DNA of 64,000 nt from positions 569,803-633,802 of the forward strand of contig JAJACK010000001.1 in NCBI GenBank assembly GCA_022601535.1, read 5' to 3'. This DNA is from Chlamydiales bacterium. Lineage in GTDB: Bacteria; Chlamydiota; Chlamydiia; Chlamydiales; JAAKFR01. A model generated the notes under the pieces. The model was given only the letters and a program-made list of their open reading frames with translations, had not been told where the DNA came from and made no database searches. Shown here in pieces: positions 61,355-64,000 of the stretch (its first letter is position 1; every line of letters starts with the position of its first letter). A program made the position numbers and the translations under genes.

Positions 61355-64000
61355 ATGAAGAGGCGGAAAAGCGACCATTCAATTCCAGAGAAAACCAGTC
61401 GCATCTTAAATGGAATTTTAATTGTCCTCTTTGTGGTCTGTTTGCGTCTGTGGCACTTGTCGATCTATTGTCATAAGGATAAGTTAGAAGAGGCGAGACG
61501 TCCTCAGAGACGGACGGTGATTGAAAAGGCTGAAAGAGCGACGATCAGCGATCGATTTGGATCTGCTGTGGCAACCAACCGAGTTCAATATCAGGCAGGT
61601 ATTCGGTACAACCCTATTAGAAGGATCCCTCGGGTGAAATGGAAGCGGGAAGAGGGGCGAAAAGTCAAAAGTTATGCGCGGAAAGAGTATATTGAGGAGC
61701 TGAGTACAACTTTAGCTGAAATATTGATGCTCGACTCCGGCAGGATTGAAGATCTGATTTATTCTAAAGCGGCTATTTTGGGAAATGCTCCTTACATTCT
61801 TAAAGAAAATATTTCAGAAGAAACGTATTTCCGTTTGAAAATGTTGGAGAAAGATTGGCCTGGGGTTCATACGGAGGTTGCAGCAAAACGGTGTTACCCT
61901 GCAGGTCCTGTTGCAGGTGAAATTATTGGACATATTGGACCGATCAGCCGTATTGAATACGATAGAGCGATGGAAGAGATCAAAGAGCTTCGGCTCCGTC
62001 AAGAGGAAGAGGGGATTGATTTATCACATGAGATTGAAAAAAAGAGTTTTACATTCAATGATTTGACAGGAAAAATGGGGGTAGAGGCCTCCTTTGATGC
62101 AAATTTAAGGGGGACTGCAGGGAAACGGATCTACCTCGCCGACACAAGGGGGCGCTATATTCGGGAGCTCGACACTTCTGAGCCTGCAACTCCTGGAACA
62201 GGGCTTACTCTTTCGATTTCCCTTGAATTGCAAGAGTATGCTGAGGAGCTTTTAGCGAGATATAATTCTGAGCCTCCAAGCCAGAGTAACGCCCGCGTTC
62301 AAAGAAGAAAATTGATTCCTCCTAATCGTCCCTGGTTAAAAGAAGGGGCGATCGTAATAATGGATCCAAATGATGGTCAGTTACTTGCTCTTGCTTCTTT
62401 CCCTCGTTTTGACCCAAATGATTTCATTCGGTCAGGGGATGCTGAATTAGAACAAAAAAGGCAGAGGCGAATCAATCGGTGGATAGAAAGTGATCACTAT
62501 CTCGGCGGCATATGGGATCGAAAATCTCCTATTGAAAGAGAAAAATTTGACTGTGTGAAAGGGGAGTTTTATGAAGAGACCATTGAAATGGGATGGCCAG
62601 AGTATCTCTCTTTTATTCTTCCGGAGAAATCTCCTGTCTATCAGGTGATCACAAAAAGAAATACGCTCAAAGATGCTATTTTAATTCAGAAAAAGCTCGA
62701 TTCACTTCTCGATCTCTTTGAGGGAGAGAATAGTGCGTTATCTGCAGCACAGATTTTCGATTTTATCTATCATGAAGAGGATGTTTCCACCGGTGTGATG
62801 GTGACATTAGATGAGCGTCAATGGATGAGTTTGAGAAGCGCTTTTTTTGCTGAAGAGATCGAGGCGCTTAAAGAAGAACTCTCTCCCTATTTTGATACGA
62901 TTCCCCTCAATGAAGAAAAATTGTTGCTCGTCGACCTCTACCGTCTTTGTATCAATCCCAACGACTTTGATCCTCTGTTAGAAGAGCTCTTTTCAAATCA
63001 AACATTGCACGAGTTTAGAGAAATTTCAGGGCGAATGGCTGTCATCCGCTCTGTTGTTTGTGAGATTGTCAAAGAGGTGTTTAAAGACCAAGAATTTAAG
63101 CAGTGGAGAGAGGCACATTTTAAAAAGTATTTAGCGGGGAAACGGAAAGAAGAGCGGGCCAAAAAAATGCGGTACGCTCGTCCCTTTTTAGATTACCTCG
63201 ATGAAATGGAAAAACAGCTCTTCACCCAATTTTGGAACGATCACGCTTTTGAGCTGATTGCTCAATTTTTAACAGAGTCTGCGGAATCGAATTCCCCTTA
63301 TGCAATCTGTTTGCAAAATTGGCGAAAAGAATTGATTGCAGGAGCGCACCCTGCTCTCCCTTGGAGGGAGGATTACTGCCGTTTGAAAGAGCTTGTTGAG
63401 CAACTCGATAGCTCTATTTTAATCAGTTATTTTAAAACATTGAGAACTTTCAATGATCTCAACCGCCCTCTCTATGGGAATTACCCAGGCTTACGGAAAG
63501 AGAGTGGAGGTCGTTTAGAAAAGCACCTTGCTATCGGTTTTTATCCTAGATATGGGTATGGATATTGTCGAAGTCACGCCTTTAGGCAAGCGACGATCAT
63601 GGGATCACTTTTCAAACTTATTCCTGCTTATGAAGCTCTCCGTCAAAACTATTTCAAAGTGGGAGCCGATGCAGATCTGAATCCTTTGACGATCGTAGAT
63701 GATAAATACCGGATTGCGAAAAAAGGGTGGTTTGTTGGGAAAACATCTGAAGGAAAAGCGATTCCCCTTTATTACCGTGGAGGAAGGCTTCCCAAATCTG
63801 AACACGCCGGTATTGGGCGTGTTGGCCTTGTTCGTGCGTTAGAAACATCTTCAAATCCCTATTTTGCCCTCCTTGCTGGAGAGGTTTGTGAAGATCCTGA
63901 AGATCTCTGTCAAGCTTCCTCTCTCTTCGGATTTGGAGAGAAAACAGGGATCGACCTCCCAGGAGAATATGCAGGGAAAATCCCTCAAGATGTTGCCTAC
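61355..64000 (+). CDS. pbp2: Penicillin-binding protein 2 (transpeptidase), chlamydial long form; 5' 882 codons, continues off the right edge
   Basis: ATG 61355 opens a frame that stays open to the window end. It has an N-terminal TM (ILNGILIVLFVVCL), PBP dimerisation-domain motifs, large insertions, and the SxxK active site (GSLFK) near 63608. Confidence 0.85.
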   Translation, partial: MKRRKSDHSIPEKTSRILNGILIVLFVVCLRLWHLSIYCHKDKLEEARRPQRRTVIEKAERATISDRFGSAVATNRVQYQAGIRYNPIRRIPRVKWKREEGRKVKSYARKEYIEELSTTLAEILMLDSGRIEDLIYSKAAILGNAPYILKENISEETYFRLKMLEKDWPGVHTEVAAKRCYPAGPVAGEIIGHIGPISRIEYDRAMEEIKELRLRQEEEGIDLSHEIEKKSFTFNDLTGKMGVEASFDANLRGTAGKRIYLADTRGRYIRELDTSEPATPGTGLTLSISLELQEYAEELLARYNSEPPSQSNARVQRRKLIPPNRPWLKEGAIVIMDPNDGQLLALASFPRFDPNDFIRSGDAELEQKRQRRINRWIESDHYLGGIWDRKSPIEREKFDCVKGEFYEETIEMGWPEYLSFILPEKSPVYQVITKRNTLKDAILIQKKLDSLLDLFEGENSALSAAQIFDFIYHEEDVSTGVMVTLDERQWMSLRSAFFAEEIEALKEELSPYFDTIPLNEEKLLLVDLYRLCINPNDFDPLLEELFSNQTLHEFREISGRMAVIRSVVCEIVKEVFKDQEFKQWREAHFKKYLAGKRKEERAKKMRYARPFLDYLDEMEKQLFTQFWNDHAFELIAQFLTESAESNSPYAICLQNWRKELIAGAHPALPWREDYCRLKELVEQLDSSILISYFKTLRTFNDLNRPLYGNYPGLRKESGGRLEKHLAIGFYPRYGYGYCRSHAFRQATIMGSLFKLIPAYEALRQNYFKVGADADLNPLTIVDDKYRIAKKGWFVGKTSEGKAIPLYYRGGRLPKSEHAGIGRVGLVRALETSSNPYFALLAGEVCEDPEDLCQASSLFGFGEKTGIDLPGEYAGKIPQDVAY

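Overview
The window is a densely coding segment of a Chlamydiae chromosome. From my memory of C. trachomatis gene order it is a mosaic of conserved chlamydial synteny blocks, but with lineage-specific insertions and no ompA next to rpsB, so it is probably an environmental, non-Chlamydiaceae lineage. Left to right: (1) a type II secretion operon on the minus strand (hypothetical, gspD, gspE, gspF, start of gspG; 1-6456). (2) A repeat-containing orphan gene. (3) T3SS cluster 1 on the minus strand (sctJ, CT560-like, sctL, sctR, sctS, sctT; 7477-11808), preceded by lpdA, lipA and a HEAT-like gene. (4) A housekeeping block: secA, a TPR protein, psd, mnmE, nth, two tandem brnQ paralogs and a GH3 NagZ-like hydrolase. 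(5) A SWIM/SNF2 helicase, an alpha/beta hydrolase, der and a SulP/STAS permease. (6) An accessory islet in which two paralogous Inc-like membrane proteins flank an Arch_ATPase/DUF234-type gene (35.9-38.4 kb). (7) T3SS cluster 2 on the plus strand (38889-50531): CesT-like chaperone, sctD with two FHA domains, cdsE, sctF, cdsG, CT668-like, sctN, sctO, sctP, sctQ, pkn5, sctC. (8) A lipoprotein translationally coupled to sctC. (9) An accessory block: alanine/cation symporter, beta-lactamase-like hydrolase, Fic remnant, MFS transporter. (10) mcsB and mcsA, a CDP-alcohol phosphatidyltransferase, tRNA-Lys, tRNA-Glu, frr, pyrH, tsf, rpsB, tRNA-Gly and the 5' 882 codons of pbp2. I saw no rRNA, CRISPR array, transposase or integrase. 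The most interesting signals are: a degenerate SpoIIE/PP2C-like domain in the C-terminal half of the T3SS-embedded kinase; the secretin-coupled lipoprotein; a candidate internal start for an SctQ-C product; and a duplicated 34-nt hairpin that buries the Shine-Dalgarno of the ATPase gene between the Inc-like paralogs. All homology calls come from reading motifs by eye. No database search was run.
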